A stretch of 64,000 nt of DNA from positions 4,650,001-4,714,000 of the forward strand of contig CAKKNE010000002.1 in NCBI GenBank assembly GCA_918797485.1, written 5' to 3'. Shown here in pieces: positions 21,400-31,094 of this stretch. Both the position numbers and the translations under genes were made by a program. The notes beneath the pieces are model-generated. The model did no database searches. It saw nothing but the letters and a program-made list of their open reading frames with translations, and was not told the DNA's origin. This DNA is from Pelagomonas calceolata (lineage: Eukaryota). Positions within the stretch are counted from its first letter, which is position 1; the number at the start of each line of letters is the position of its first letter.

Positions 21400-23757
21400 T
21401 TAGTCCATACGAGGCGCCGCGAGTCCCGTCTCCCACCGCACGTCCCGCAGCCCCACGTTCGACACCTCCGCGCCCGCGCCGCCGCCCGCCCGGAGACATT
21501 CGACGGCGACGGCCTTCAGCTTGCCCATCAGCCGCCGCGCGTCCTCGACGGACAAGGCCCCCGCGAACGCGGCGTCGGGCGCCGCGACGTAGTCCGCCAC
21601 GCGCAGCCCGCGCGCGTACCAACCGAAGTCGCCGGACGCGTCGCCGGCCCGCCGCGCGTGATCTAAAGCCACCTCGGCGAGGTACGCGGCGGCGGCGCCC
21701 GCGAGCGGCGCGTCCGCGCCCCGCAGCCAGCCCTCGTCGACGGCCGCGCCCTTCTCCGCCAGCGCCCGGCGCGTCTCGAGCACCGCCTCGCTCCGCCACC
21801 GGATCTCTACGTCGCCGCCGGCCACGCGCGGAAACTGCAGCGCGGCAACGACGCGAGCGTGGGCGTCCTCCGTCAGTTCCTCGGCCGCGGCGACGGCCGT
21901 CCGCGCGCAGCGCCAGCCGAGGTGGGCCTCGACGGCCGCCGCGGCGCCGTCGTCGCCGTGCCTTGCTAGTGAATGCGCGTCGTCCAGCGCTTGATCGCTC
22001 ACCGCTTCCAGGATCGCGTCCGCGCAGGCCCACGCGCCCCCGTCGAAGGCCTGGCCGCCGTGGCCCGCCAACAAGGCGTTCGCGGCCCGGACGAGCTCCA
22101 GGGGCTTCGGCTTCAACAAGCGCAGCGCGGCCACGCGCAGCGCGTCGCCATCACTGACGCCGCGCACCGCGTCCGCCGCCGGGAGCGGCCGCTTCTCGAG
22201 AAATGAATCGGCGTCGTCGAAGACACGCGCGACGGCTAACCTACAAGCCTTGGCAGCGTCGCGCGGCCCCAGGCTCGCGTCCAGCGCGGCGCGCGTCGCC
22301 GTGACCTCGTCCTCGCCCCGCGCGAGCGCCGCGACCGCCGCCCCGGCGTCGACGCGCAGCGAGTCCTCGTGGATGAGTCCCGCGTACGTCGGCGCGAGCC
22401 CACAGTGGCCCGCGTCGCAGAGGCGCTGCGCTTCGCCCCTCAACACGGCGTCGCACGCCCGGTCCGCGTTTGGGTCGTCTCCATAAATCCGGCGCCACAC
22501 GAGGGCCAGGGGCGCGGCAACCGCCCCGTCGAGCGACTCAAGCGCCTCAGGGATGGCCCGCGCGCCGGCCGCAGCCAGCGCCGCCGCCGCCGCCTGCGTC
22601 GCGGAGCCGGCCAGGCGCAGGACGGCGGGCAGGCCGCCCGCGGGCTTCAGGTCCCGCGATGGATCCGTCGGCGCGTCGTCGAGGGCCGCGGGCGCCGTCG
22701 CGTCGGCGGCGTCGGCGTCGCGCGCCGCGCTGCACGCCAGCGCGGCCCAGGCCCGGTCCTCCCAGGCGGCGCCGTCGCCGAGGGCCCGCTCGACGATGGA
22801 CGCGTCGCCGGCCAAGGCCCCGAACACGGCCGCCTCGTGCGCCGCGGCGTCGCCCAGCTCGCGCGCGGCCCTGCGCGCGTCCGCCGCGCGGTCGTCCGTG
22901 GCCACGCGGCGCACGCCGTCGGCGACGGCCTCCCCATGGAGCCGCAGCGCCTCGCAGCTCTCGAGCGCGGCGGCCGCGCGCTCCCGACAAATATCCCGCC
23001 AGAGCCGCAGCCGCCGGTTGCCGCCCCGCACGAAGCCCGCGCAGCCCCAGGGCGCGCCGCCCCGCAGCGCGACCGCGCGCCAGGCCCCCGTCGCGCAGGC
23101 CTCGTTCAGGTCCGCGGCGGCCTCGAGCCGCCCCGCCCGGACGAGGCGCCACGTCGCGACGCAGCGGCCCCGCTCCGCGGCCGCCGCGCGGCAGGCCTCG
23201 GCCGTCGCCGCGCGCGCGGCGGCGGCGGCGTCGCCGCGCGCCAGCCGCGCGATGCAGCCCTCGACGCAGTCCGCGTCCTCCAGCGCCTGGCGCGACGCGC
23301 CGCCCTCGGCGAAGTAGCGCACCTGGTCCTTGGCGCCGTCCTCGAGCCACGCCCGCGCGGCGGCCTCGCGCCGCGCGCGCGCCGTCCGCTGCGTGGCCTC
23401 GTAGGCGCTCCAGGCCGTGGACCTCGGGCCGTCGTCGTCCATCTCCGGGCGGTCGTGCTCCAGCAGCCCGGCGGCGGCCAGCTTCGCCGCGGCCGCGTAC
23501 AAATCTCGAGCTTGCCGGTCGCGGTCGTCGCCCGTCTCGAGGCGCCGCGCCTCGGCGCGCTGGGCCGCCGCCGCGAGCCAGGCGTCCAAGGGCCGCGCCG
23601 CGTCGAGGAGGTCCGGCAGGGCCCTCGCCTCGGCCGCGGGCCCGCCGTCGATCGCCTGCGGCGGCGCCGCCGGCAGCGCGAGGGGTTCCGGTGGGTCCGT
23701 GTCCATGGCCTGAGCCAGGCGGTCGCAGGCCTTCGCGAGGGCGTCGCGGGCGGCCAT
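21400..23757 (-). CDS. NUP107: Nucleoporin Nup107/Nup84-like
   Basis: WRLVRAGRLEAAADL..GAWRAVALRGG..GNRRLRLWRDIC..EAAVFGALAGD..WEDRAWA matches the Nup107 core. Confidence 0.75.
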   Translation of the reverse strand: MAARDALAKACDRLAQAMDTDPPEPLALPAAPPQAIDGGPAAEARALPDLLDAARPLDAWLAAAAQRAEARRLETGDDRDRQARDLYAAAAKLAAAGLLEHDRPEMDDDGPRSTAWSAYEATQRTARARREAAARAWLEDGAKDQVRYFAEGGASRQALEDADCVEGCIARLARGDAAAAARAATAEACRAAAAERGRCVATWRLVRAGRLEAAADLNEACATGAWRAVALRGGAPWGCAGFVRGGNRRLRLWRDICRERAAAALESCEALRLHGEAVADGVRRVATDDRAADARRAARELGDAAAHEAAVFGALAGDASIVERALGDGAAWEDRAWAALACSAARDADAADATAPAALDDAPTDPSRDLKPAGGLPAVLRLAGSATQAAAAALAAAGARAIPEALESLDGAVAAPLALVWRRIYGDDPNADRACDAVLRGEAQRLCDAGHCGLAPTYAGLIHEDSLRVDAGAAVAALARGEDEVTATRAALDASLGPRDAAKACRLAVARVFDDADSFLEKRPLPAADAVRGVSDGDALRVAALRLLKPKPLELVRAANALLAGHGGQAFDGGAWACADAILEAVSDQALDDAHSLARHGDDGAAAAVEAHLGWRCARTAVAAAEELTEDAHARVVAALQFPRVAGGDVEIRWRSEAVLETRRALAEKGAAVDEGWLRGADAPLAGAAAAYLAEVALDHARRAGDASGDFGWYARGLRVADYVAAPDAAFAGALSVEDARRLMGKLKAVAVECLRAGGGAGAEVSNVGLRDVRWETGLAAPRMD

Positions 23758-23943
23758 TTTCGTTGTGAGTTCCTGTTGTGTGAGCGCGGCGAGCCCACAA
23801 AGTGCGCCAACTAGCTCGCTCTGCGCTCGCTCTGCGCGGGACAGCTGCGGAGCTGTTTCTTTGGACCAAAAAGCGGTCTACCCGTGTCTCCCGCAATTTC
23901 TAATGCGAACAGCAGCGTGTTTTTGCCGTCCCGCCGCGATTTG

Positions 23944-23961
23944 CTAGTGTACACACGCTAG
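23944..23961. promoter_or_regulatory. CTAGTG..CGCTAG element (short spacer)
   Basis: CTAGTGTACACACGCTAG, about 190 bp upstream of the NUP107 start. Confidence 0.5.
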
Positions 23962-24000
23962 CGAACGGGTTTTCAGGTTTTCGACTACTACAGATACTAA

Positions 24001-24975
24001 TTAACCATCTCCCGCAAGAAGCGCCTCGGCCTCCAGCGCCAGCGCCCCCTCGAAGCCCAGGCCCACGGACTTCTCGGCCAAAGCAAGCAGCGCCGCGGCC
24101 CGGTCGCGGTGCGTCGAGAGCTGCGCCGCCGCCTCGGCGGCGTCGTCGCCGTCCAATTTGGCCAGGCGCCCGAGAATCGCGTCGACGTCGCCGTCGACAA
24201 AAGCGGCGTCGCCCAGTTCAAGAAACGCCGCCGCCGCTACTTCGCCCTCTTCATTCAACAGCGCGCGGCTCGCCTGCTCGCGATCATCCAGATGCGCCTG
24301 GATCGCGACGCGCGCCGCCGCCGCGTCGGAGGCCTGGTCGGCGACGTCCGCGAGCTCCTCGGCGAGGTTTTGTAAAGCGTGGTCCGTCACGACGTGCGTC
24401 GCCAGGCCGCAGGCCTTGAGGGCCGTCCCGCGCACGGGCAGGCCCGACACTAGAGCTGCCCGCCCGTAGTTGCCTGTTCTTGAACAGGCGAACGCCGCGC
24501 CGCCGTCGAGCGTCACGCCGGCTTCGACGGCCGCCGCACCCAACGGCGGCACGAAGACGGCGCCGTCGCCGCAGACGCGGAAGCCCCTCCCCCCAAGCCC
24601 GACGCCGCCCGGCAATAACAGGCCGTCGACGAGCTGCGTTATTGGGGCGTCGCAAGCCGCCGCCGCTCTGTATAGTGACGCGCGGTCGCCGGTGCGGAAC
24701 GCGCCCTGCACGCCCTCTATGACCACAGCCTTGACGAGGCTGTGCGCGGACCACCTCCGCAGCAATTTCGTGAGCTCTTCGCACGCGCCGTCGGCCTCGA
24801 AGGTGCTATGCCTCAAATAGACGCCGCGGCTGCCGACGCGCTCGCGCGCGTCGACGCTCGGTGCGACGTAGGGCGTGTTTATTGTTTTGAGCCGCGCGTC
24901 GCGCCGTTTCTGGATGGCCGCATTGCGCTGGGCCTTGACGCTGCTGCTGAGGCGGCGCGCGGCGCGGCGCAGCAT
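24001..24975 (-). CDS. Divergent 3-hydroxyisobutyryl-CoA hydrolase-like (crotonase fold), mitochondrial presequence
   Basis: MLRRAARRLSSS presequence; VKAVVIEG..AF, LVDGLLLPGGVGL..FRV, GLATHVV. Confidence 0.7.
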   Translation of the reverse strand: MLRRAARRLSSSVKAQRNAAIQKRRDARLKTINTPYVAPSVDARERVGSRGVYLRHSTFEADGACEELTKLLRRWSAHSLVKAVVIEGVQGAFRTGDRASLYRAAAACDAPITQLVDGLLLPGGVGLGGRGFRVCGDGAVFVPPLGAAAVEAGVTLDGGAAFACSRTGNYGRAALVSGLPVRGTALKACGLATHVVTDHALQNLAEELADVADQASDAAAARVAIQAHLDDREQASRALLNEEGEVAAAAFLELGDAAFVDGDVDAILGRLAKLDGDDAAEAAAQLSTHRDRAAALLALAEKSVGLGFEGALALEAEALLAGDG

Positions 24976-25338
24976 GGCTTATCGCTCTGGTCCGAATCGA
25001 TGCGTGCGCGCTTAGTCGGAGACGTGCTGAATGTGTCGCGTCGCTGTGCCTTTTGCAGCCACCCTGGCGAGGCGCAGGAGCTTGCAAAGAGCAGTTTTGT
25101 GAGGCAGGCTCACGCGACACCGACGAGATTACACAGCATTGGCGTAGCTCATCGGCTGCTTGAGACCATCAGCTGATAGCACACAAAAGCTCAGGCGTCA
25201 CCCGCGTCGTCAACACCAGCAGCACCAGCCAGTCTCACTTGCAGCGCTCTTGGGTGACGCGACGCCGACGAACAGAGACACCCGTCGCTCTACTGCAGCA
25301 GCGTACAGGCGTCGACGCGCCGCCGCGACGACGCACAA

Positions 25339-25866
25339 ATGGCCGACGCCACCAGCACGCGCAAGGACCGCCGCCGCGACTTCAAGAAGCGCGTCCTGCG
25401 GAGCGGCGACCAATTGGAACCGAAGCGCAAGAAGCGCGACCAGCCGCTCGTGCAAAACGAGGAGGAGGCCGCGGCGGCGAACGCCGCCAAGAAGAAAGCC
25501 GCGGCCGAAGCGAAACGACAAAAGGAAGAGCAGCAGCGCGCCCAGAAGGCGAGCGACGCCGTGGCCTACGTCCACGCCTGGAGGCTCCGGGAGACGACGC
25601 CCTGGCGCTTCCAGAAGGGCCTGCAGGAGTGGTGGTTGAAGAATTGGGGCTCGACGGCCGCCGTGGCCAAGGCCGACTTCGCGATATTTCTCTCGTACGC
25701 GCCCACGATCCAGGGCGGCGCGAAGGAGCGCCTGCGCGACGACGCGAAGAAGGCCGCCGCCGCCGACGTGCCGGAGACGGAGGGCGACGACGAGGACGCG
25801 GCGACGAAGGCAAAGCGGAAAAAAAGGATCCGCGCCCGGAAACTGGTCAAGGCGCTCGAACGATAG
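25339..25866 (+). CDS. WKF-domain (C7orf50/DUF2373-like) protein
   Basis: AVAYVHAW..WRFQKGLQEWWLKN..FAIFLSY..IQGGAKERL..RARKLV. Confidence 0.75.
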   Translation: MADATSTRKDRRRDFKKRVLRSGDQLEPKRKKRDQPLVQNEEEAAAANAAKKKAAAEAKRQKEEQQRAQKASDAVAYVHAWRLRETTPWRFQKGLQEWWLKNWGSTAAVAKADFAIFLSYAPTIQGGAKERLRDDAKKAAAADVPETEGDDEDAATKAKRKKRIRARKLVKALER

Positions 25867-26105
25867 CGTCCGCGGCGGCGTCTGCCCTTTGGTGTGCCTT
25901 CGCTCGAGTGATGCCGGATCATAATCCAGAATCCTAGCGGCGGACCGTGGTAACAGCGGCCCGCCGCCGTGCGACGACCAGACCCGTGACGAGCTACGAA
26001 TCAAATGAGAGGCTCGGATCCCCCACGCGCGACGCGGCTCATCGGTCCGGCGCACAGGTCCTGTTGCGTTTGAGTCGAGTAATCATCAAAATTCACAGTT
26101 ACATC

Positions 26106-27434
26106 CTACCACCGTCTCACCTCTTTTTCGGGGTAGCCCGCGTCGCAGCGAAGGGCGTTGACCGAAGCCGCCTCGGCTTGAATCTCCAGGGAGATCGCTT
26201 CGTCCTGGAGCCGCTTGGCCGCGGCGGCGGCCGCCTCGTAAGCTTCCCTGAGCCGCGCGGCCTCGGCCTGCGCGTCGGCTGCGCGCTGCGCCGCCTCGTC
26301 CGCGACGAGCGCCGCGCGGGTCGCGTCCCTCCCGCGGCACGTCCGGTGGCAGAACTTGCGCATGAAGCCGTCGTTCCGCTCGCATTCGCCCGCGTCGCCC
26401 CAGGCGCCGCAGTCGCCGTGCCAGTCCTGGCACTTGGGCGCCGCGCGGATCACGAACGGGTTCGCGTCCGAGTCGACGTGCTGCCAATTCAGACACGACT
26501 CTTTGGTGAGCGGCCCGCCCGCGCGGACGTCGCGCACCGCGAACAAATGGGACACGTAGGCGTTCCGTTCTAGTGAAGCGCCCGGCGCCACGTCCATGGG
26601 ATCCTTCGCGTGGCCGCCGTGGACCCACCACGTCCGGATCGTGTGGGGCGAGTCGTTCTCGAAGCGCACGCGCGTCTGCAGCTTCGGCCAGAGCCATTCC
26701 TCCAAAGATTGCCGCGTCGGCCGGCGGAGCACGTCCATCTCGCCAAACAGGTCCGTGCCGTTGCCCGCAAAGACGACCTGGGGGCAGCCCCGCCGCACGT
26801 CGAGATTTAACTTCTTCGCGATTCTTGATAATTGGCCGTCCGCGTCCGTTAACCGGGTCTTGGCTGTTTGCAAAACGTCCTCCCACCAGATGCCGTGGGG
26901 GTCCAGCTTGTCCGCGAAGGGGTAGGGGAACCGCGTTATGTATGTTAGATAGTCCTCGCACTCGCCCTCGTCGTAGAGCGCCAAAACAAAATGCCGGTCC
27001 ACCTTCCCATCGACACCCAACGCGGCGTCCTCCAGATGTTTCCTTGAGCGCACGTTGAGCACTCTTGCTGCTGCTCTTTCTTCTTCTTCTGTCAGTGGAG
27101 CGTGCTTCTTCTGCGTTCGTCTCTTGTACGTTTTTGTGGTCGGTCGCTGGTACGTCCCGCGACTATCAAAATCTCGCCGCGCGTTCTCGTCCGTCAGCAA
27201 CTCAAAGGCCGCCGCCACCTCCAGGAACCGGTCGCGCATCTCGGCCTCGCGGCCGGGCCTGGCCTTGTCGGGATGCGTTTCTCTGGCTTTCGCGCGATAC
27301 GCGTTCCTAATTTCCTGGACCGTGGCGCGGCGGTGGACGCCGAGGATGTCGTAGGGGCTGGAGGAGAGCTGCACGCCCTGGGGCTTGTTGCGCTGGGCGA
27401 CCGCCATCGTGAGGAGCCATAGGGCTGCCCGCAT
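26106..27434 (-). CDS. Secretory-pathway DnaJ protein with VHL-beta-like and ShKT domains
   Basis: Signal peptide, PYDILGV..THPDK..FELLTD J-domain, VRFENDS..WWV..AYVSHLF, CQDWHGDCGAWGDAGECERNDGFMRKFCHRTC. Confidence 0.85.
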   Translation of the reverse strand: MRAALWLLTMAVAQRNKPQGVQLSSSPYDILGVHRRATVQEIRNAYRAKARETHPDKARPGREAEMRDRFLEVAAAFELLTDENARRDFDSRGTYQRPTTKTYKRRTQKKHAPLTEEEERAAARVLNVRSRKHLEDAALGVDGKVDRHFVLALYDEGECEDYLTYITRFPYPFADKLDPHGIWWEDVLQTAKTRLTDADGQLSRIAKKLNLDVRRGCPQVVFAGNGTDLFGEMDVLRRPTRQSLEEWLWPKLQTRVRFENDSPHTIRTWWVHGGHAKDPMDVAPGASLERNAYVSHLFAVRDVRAGGPLTKESCLNWQHVDSDANPFVIRAAPKCQDWHGDCGAWGDAGECERNDGFMRKFCHRTCRGRDATRAALVADEAAQRAADAQAEAARLREAYEAAAAAAKRLQDEAISLEIQAEAASVNALRCDAGYPEKEVRRW

Positions 27435-27587
27435 GGTTTTTTGGTGGGCAGCCCCGGGACCAGTTATCGCTGCGATGGCGTGCGGCCCGGGCTGTACTGT
27501 TGCCGGTAGACCTCCGAATCACTCTCGGTGGCCGGCAGGCTGCCCCGGCGCCCGCAGCCACAGCGCTTCGATTATTATCTTGGTTTG

Positions 27588-27610
27588 CTAGTGGGCTTAC
27601 CGGACGCTAG
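27588..27610. promoter_or_regulatory. CTAGTG..CGCTAG element in a divergent promoter
   Basis: CTAGTGGGCTTACCGGACGCTAG between starts at 27434(-) and 27865(+). Confidence 0.55.
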
Positions 27611-27864
27611 CTTTATTTTTACCTCTGACAACACCCTCGAAACTCCTCGAGTACTCGACGTAGACGGCGCTTGCACACCTAACGCCAATAGTCGTTGGTG
27701 GCAGTACATCCGCGTACGCCGTCGTGCCAAGCCTTTTGCAAAGAACAGCTTTGCGCCAGCGACAGCTGCAAGAGCAGTGGCGTGACGCAGGCTGCCAGCA
27801 GTCCGGTAGAATTCAGACTTCGCTCACTAACGAACAAACGACAACACGCAAAGGTCTAATAGGC

Positions 27865-29193
27865 ATGAATCGGCAACGGATACTACTCCTCGCAGCCGCC
27901 TATGCATCACACGCATTGCAATCACCGTCATCACGCATTGTGCACCACCGCGGCGCCGTCCGGCAGCTAGCAACGCCAGTCGTCGACGCGGCCGAGGCGC
28001 CAGCGGCCGACATGTCCGACGCCTCTGCCGCAGCGCTCATCGCGGGCACGACCGTAGGCGCCGGCGTGCTCGCGTTGCCCGCGGCCACGGCCGGTGCTGG
28101 ATTCGCGGCGTCGACGGGAGTTTTATGCTGCTCGTGGGTTTTCATGGCGGCGGCCGGTCTGCTCGTCGCAGAGGCTGCCGCGGCGGCCTCACGACGCACG
28201 GGTGAGGCCGACGTCGGCTTCCTGGCCACCGTCCGCGAACTGTTGGGCGACGATGTGTCACGCGTGACCGGAGCGACCTACGCGTTCCTGCACTACGCGC
28301 TGCTCGTGGCCTACGCTGCCCAAGGTGGTGGCTTACTTGCGGGCGCCGTCGGCGCGCCCGCGGCCGCCGGTGCCCTGGTCTTCGGCGCTGGCGTGGGTGG
28401 AGGCGTGGCCTTCGGTCCTCCCAAACTCGTCGACAAGGCCAACGACGCCTTCTGCGCGGTGGTGGCGGCGTCGTTCGTCACGCTACTCGTCGTGGGAGCT
28501 GGTGCGTTCGACGCGGGCCGGCTCATGTCGACGGCGCCCGACGCCAAGGCCGCTTTCGAGGCCGTTCCTATTTCTATCCTGTCGTTGGTCTATCACAACG
28601 TGATCCCCACGGTGAGTCGGCGACTGGGCTTTGATCGTGCTCGCATCGCGCGGGCGGTGCTACTGGGCTCGGCGTTCCCGCTAGTGATGTTTATCGCGTG
28701 GAACGCACTTGTACAAGGCGTCGTCGACGCCGGCAGCAGCGCGGATCCGGTCGCGGCGCTTATTGCTGCGGAGTCGGGGGAGGCTGGTGCCGAGCTCTCG
28801 GTCGCGGTGCAGATTTTTTCGTTCTCGGCCGTGGTCACCAGCTTCGTGGGATTTTACTACGGCATGCGGGGCTACGTGAAAGACGTCCTGGTCGAGAGTT
28901 CAGCGAGTGGCCTGGCCGACGACGAGCGCGTCCTCGCCGCGGCGGTCCTTGTGCCGCCGTCTATTCTTGCAGCGACGGACCCGGGACTGTTTTTACCCGC
29001 CCTTGACGCCGCCGGAACGTTCGGTATCACTTTACTTTTTGGTATCATACCGGCGGCGTGCGCCTGGCGGCTGAGAAAAGACGAAAACTCCGAGATTTTC
29101 GTCCCCGGTGGGGCCGCCGTCCTCGCGGCGATGGTCGCGCTCTCGGCGTTTGTTATTGGCGAGGGTGCGCTGGACGCATTGGGGCTCATCTGA
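27865..29193 (+). CDS. tyrP: Tryptophan/tyrosine permease (TyrP/HAAAP family), probably plastid-targeted
   Basis: ALIAGTTVGAGVLALP, FLHYALLVAY, SLVYHNVIP, AVVTSFVG, LFGIIPA; bipartite-like presequence (ASHA-LQ). Confidence 0.85.
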   Translation: MNRQRILLLAAAYASHALQSPSSRIVHHRGAVRQLATPVVDAAEAPAADMSDASAAALIAGTTVGAGVLALPAATAGAGFAASTGVLCCSWVFMAAAGLLVAEAAAAASRRTGEADVGFLATVRELLGDDVSRVTGATYAFLHYALLVAYAAQGGGLLAGAVGAPAAAGALVFGAGVGGGVAFGPPKLVDKANDAFCAVVAASFVTLLVVGAGAFDAGRLMSTAPDAKAAFEAVPISILSLVYHNVIPTVSRRLGFDRARIARAVLLGSAFPLVMFIAWNALVQGVVDAGSSADPVAALIAAESGEAGAELSVAVQIFSFSAVVTSFVGFYYGMRGYVKDVLVESSASGLADDERVLAAAVLVPPSILAATDPGLFLPALDAAGTFGITLLFGIIPAACAWRLRKDENSEIFVPGGAAVLAAMVALSAFVIGEGALDALGLI

Positions 29194-29433
29194 TGATCGG
29201 CATGTGTTCTTCGCTCGTGTAATCTTGTAGTCTAGTCGTTTTTCCTTCGATTCCGCGCTTTCTCGCGGGTTTTGCTGACTTTGCCGCAGCGGTTTTGGAG
29301 CCATAGCCGCTCACCACTCATTAATTCTCAGAGCGAGATAAGAATATCTCGCGAACTGTCACGCGCGGCAGCACTCCGCGGTCGTAAGGCCCCCCCCTGT
29401 ATTGCTCATAACCAATAAGTGGGCCCTCACCAC

Positions 29434-29540
29434 GTATTTACCAGTGCATAAATCAACTTGTGGCCGAGCGTGCTAAATCATGGCCTCCACGCCATCATCG
29501 CGCACCCGACTCACTGGTTGATTTGCGCACAGGTATTTAC
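29434..29540 (+). mobile_element. Introner element (intron 29434-29532)
   Basis: TSD GTATTTAC at 29434-29441 and 29533-29540. TIRs CAGTGCATAAATCAA / TTGATTTGCGCACAG. Confidence 0.85.
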
Positions 29541-29814
29541 TGGCCTCATCCCCTTCTTCGGCCAGATGAACAGTCTCATCGGCGCGGTCTTCGATCCTCT
29601 GCTATGTTTTGTCTTACCGTCGATCATGCTCTATAAGAGCGGGCTGCCGATGACGCCTATCGACAAGGCCGGCGCGCTCTTCTACGTCTTCGTCGTCGGT
29701 GTGTTCGCGTGGGGTCCCGGTACGGGCGTCGCGATTTACTCGATCGCGGAGTCGAGCGACGACGTCGGCGGGCCGTTCTCGTGCCAGTGCATCGCGAAGC
29801 AGTGTTCTACTTGA
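29533..29814 (+). pseudogene. C-terminal fragment of an amino-acid/auxin permease (Aa_trans) family transporter
   Basis: VFTGLIPFFGQMNSLIGAVFDPLLCFVLPS. In-frame stop a few codons upstream of the introner and no 5' coding region. Confidence 0.6.
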
Positions 29815-29865
29815 GCATGCAGATATCTCCAAGTTCTTGTACATAGATCGAGTAATCAGTGCATC

Positions 29866-29887
29866 CTAGTGTCTTATAGGCCGCTAG
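29866..29887. promoter_or_regulatory. CTAGTG..CGCTAG element
   Basis: CTAGTGTCTTATAGGCCGCTAG (1 mismatch to consensus), about 117 bp upstream of ATG 30004. Confidence 0.6.
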
Positions 29888-30003
29888 CCCTCGTAATTAT
29901 TCTCGACAAAAAACGCAAAGCGCAGTAAAACCGCAGCGCAGGCGTTGCCGAGGCAAAAACGTCTGATAACCGCTGCGCAGGTGCTCTCTGCTGCATCGCA
30001 ACC

Positions 30004-30213
30004 ATGGAGCAAACCGACCTCATGGCAGAGCTCTCGAAGGCCTGGCAGTCGGTACCTTATTTGAGCCTGGCTTTGATCGTCAGCGCCTGGACCATAGGAG
30101 TGTTTGGGCTGTCAATTTTATTGGACGATTGCGGCGCGGAGGGCGAAAGCGCGGCGGACGCCATCACGAAGCTTGCGCGACGCCGCGAGTTCATGAAGAG
30201 CCACGTCGTCTGA
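30004..30213 (+). CDS. Small single-TM protein (69 aa)
   Basis: accATGg context; hydrophobic LSLALIVSAWTIGVFGLSILL; stop overlaps the next ATG (TGATG). Confidence 0.5.
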   Translation: MEQTDLMAELSKAWQSVPYLSLALIVSAWTIGVFGLSILLDDCGAEGESAADAITKLARRREFMKSHVV

Positions 30214-31076
30214 TGCGCCTCGAGCTCGTCGAGACGCAGCGCTACGCGGTCCTCTCTCAGCGCGCGACGCGGCAGCGCTGGTTCGGGAGGTCCGTGGCCG
30301 CTTTCACGGTAAACTCACCCCGAGTAGATTATGGCGACGCCGCGCTGCGAGCGCTCATGGAGCCGCACCTCCGGAAAATGCGCGCCGCCCGGCCGACCAC
30401 TGACAGCAGCATGACGGCGCGTATCCTGCGATACGACGCCGACCGCTACAAGCTCGCCGAGTCGCTCCGTGACACGCTCGGCGTAGGAAGCCTCGAGGCC
30501 TGCGCCTGCGCCGACGCTCATGCAAAACGGGCATTGCTGGCGCCGCTCCTCGATCCCGCTACGCGCCGGCCGTTTCAGCGGGCCTACGACGCCTGGATCC
30601 GCGGCGTCGTGCTGCCTGAAATTGCGGCGGACGCGACTCGCGTGCGGTACCAGCAATTTCCCTGCGTGCGGGCGCAATGTCCCGGCGACATGACGCTCGG
30701 GCCGCACTGCGACGCGGCGTATGGGCATTCTCCCTCTACACTGATCGTCTCGTGTCTCCTCACGCCGGCATACGGCACGAACGCGCTGATCTACGAGTCG
30801 AGCCCGGGCCGCGAAAATTGGACGGCCTTCGAAGGCTCTGAAGGTGCGGCACTCGCCTTCCCCGGAGGTCTCGCAGCGCATTTCACCTCGGAGAACACGA
30901 CGGGCCGGGCGCGGTGGTCCATCGACGCGCGCGTGCTGGTGGACGACGCGACGTCGGCCTACGACGCGGGGTCCTACTTCGCGGTCGCGGAGCGCGTCGG
31001 CGGCGCCTGGCGGCGCGTCGGGGACGAGATTGCCGCCGTCGACCCCCGTGTCGGTATTCCATTTGATCGAACGTAA
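30213..31076 (+). CDS. 2OG-Fe(II) oxygenase superfamily protein (StrG-like)
   Basis: RYQQFPCVR..PHCDAAYGH (HxD), TNAL.YESSPG, distal H..NTTG..RWSIDAR. Confidence 0.75.
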   Translation: MRLELVETQRYAVLSQRATRQRWFGRSVAAFTVNSPRVDYGDAALRALMEPHLRKMRAARPTTDSSMTARILRYDADRYKLAESLRDTLGVGSLEACACADAHAKRALLAPLLDPATRRPFQRAYDAWIRGVVLPEIAADATRVRYQQFPCVRAQCPGDMTLGPHCDAAYGHSPSTLIVSCLLTPAYGTNALIYESSPGRENWTAFEGSEGAALAFPGGLAAHFTSENTTGRARWSIDARVLVDDATSAYDAGSYFAVAERVGGAWRRVGDEIAAVDPRVGIPFDRT

Positions 31077-31094
31077 CTGTTGTGTCAACATACA

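Noticed and set aside
16023..23896. Many long antisense and alternate-frame ORFs
   Set aside because: Shadows of GC-rich real genes with no independent motifs.
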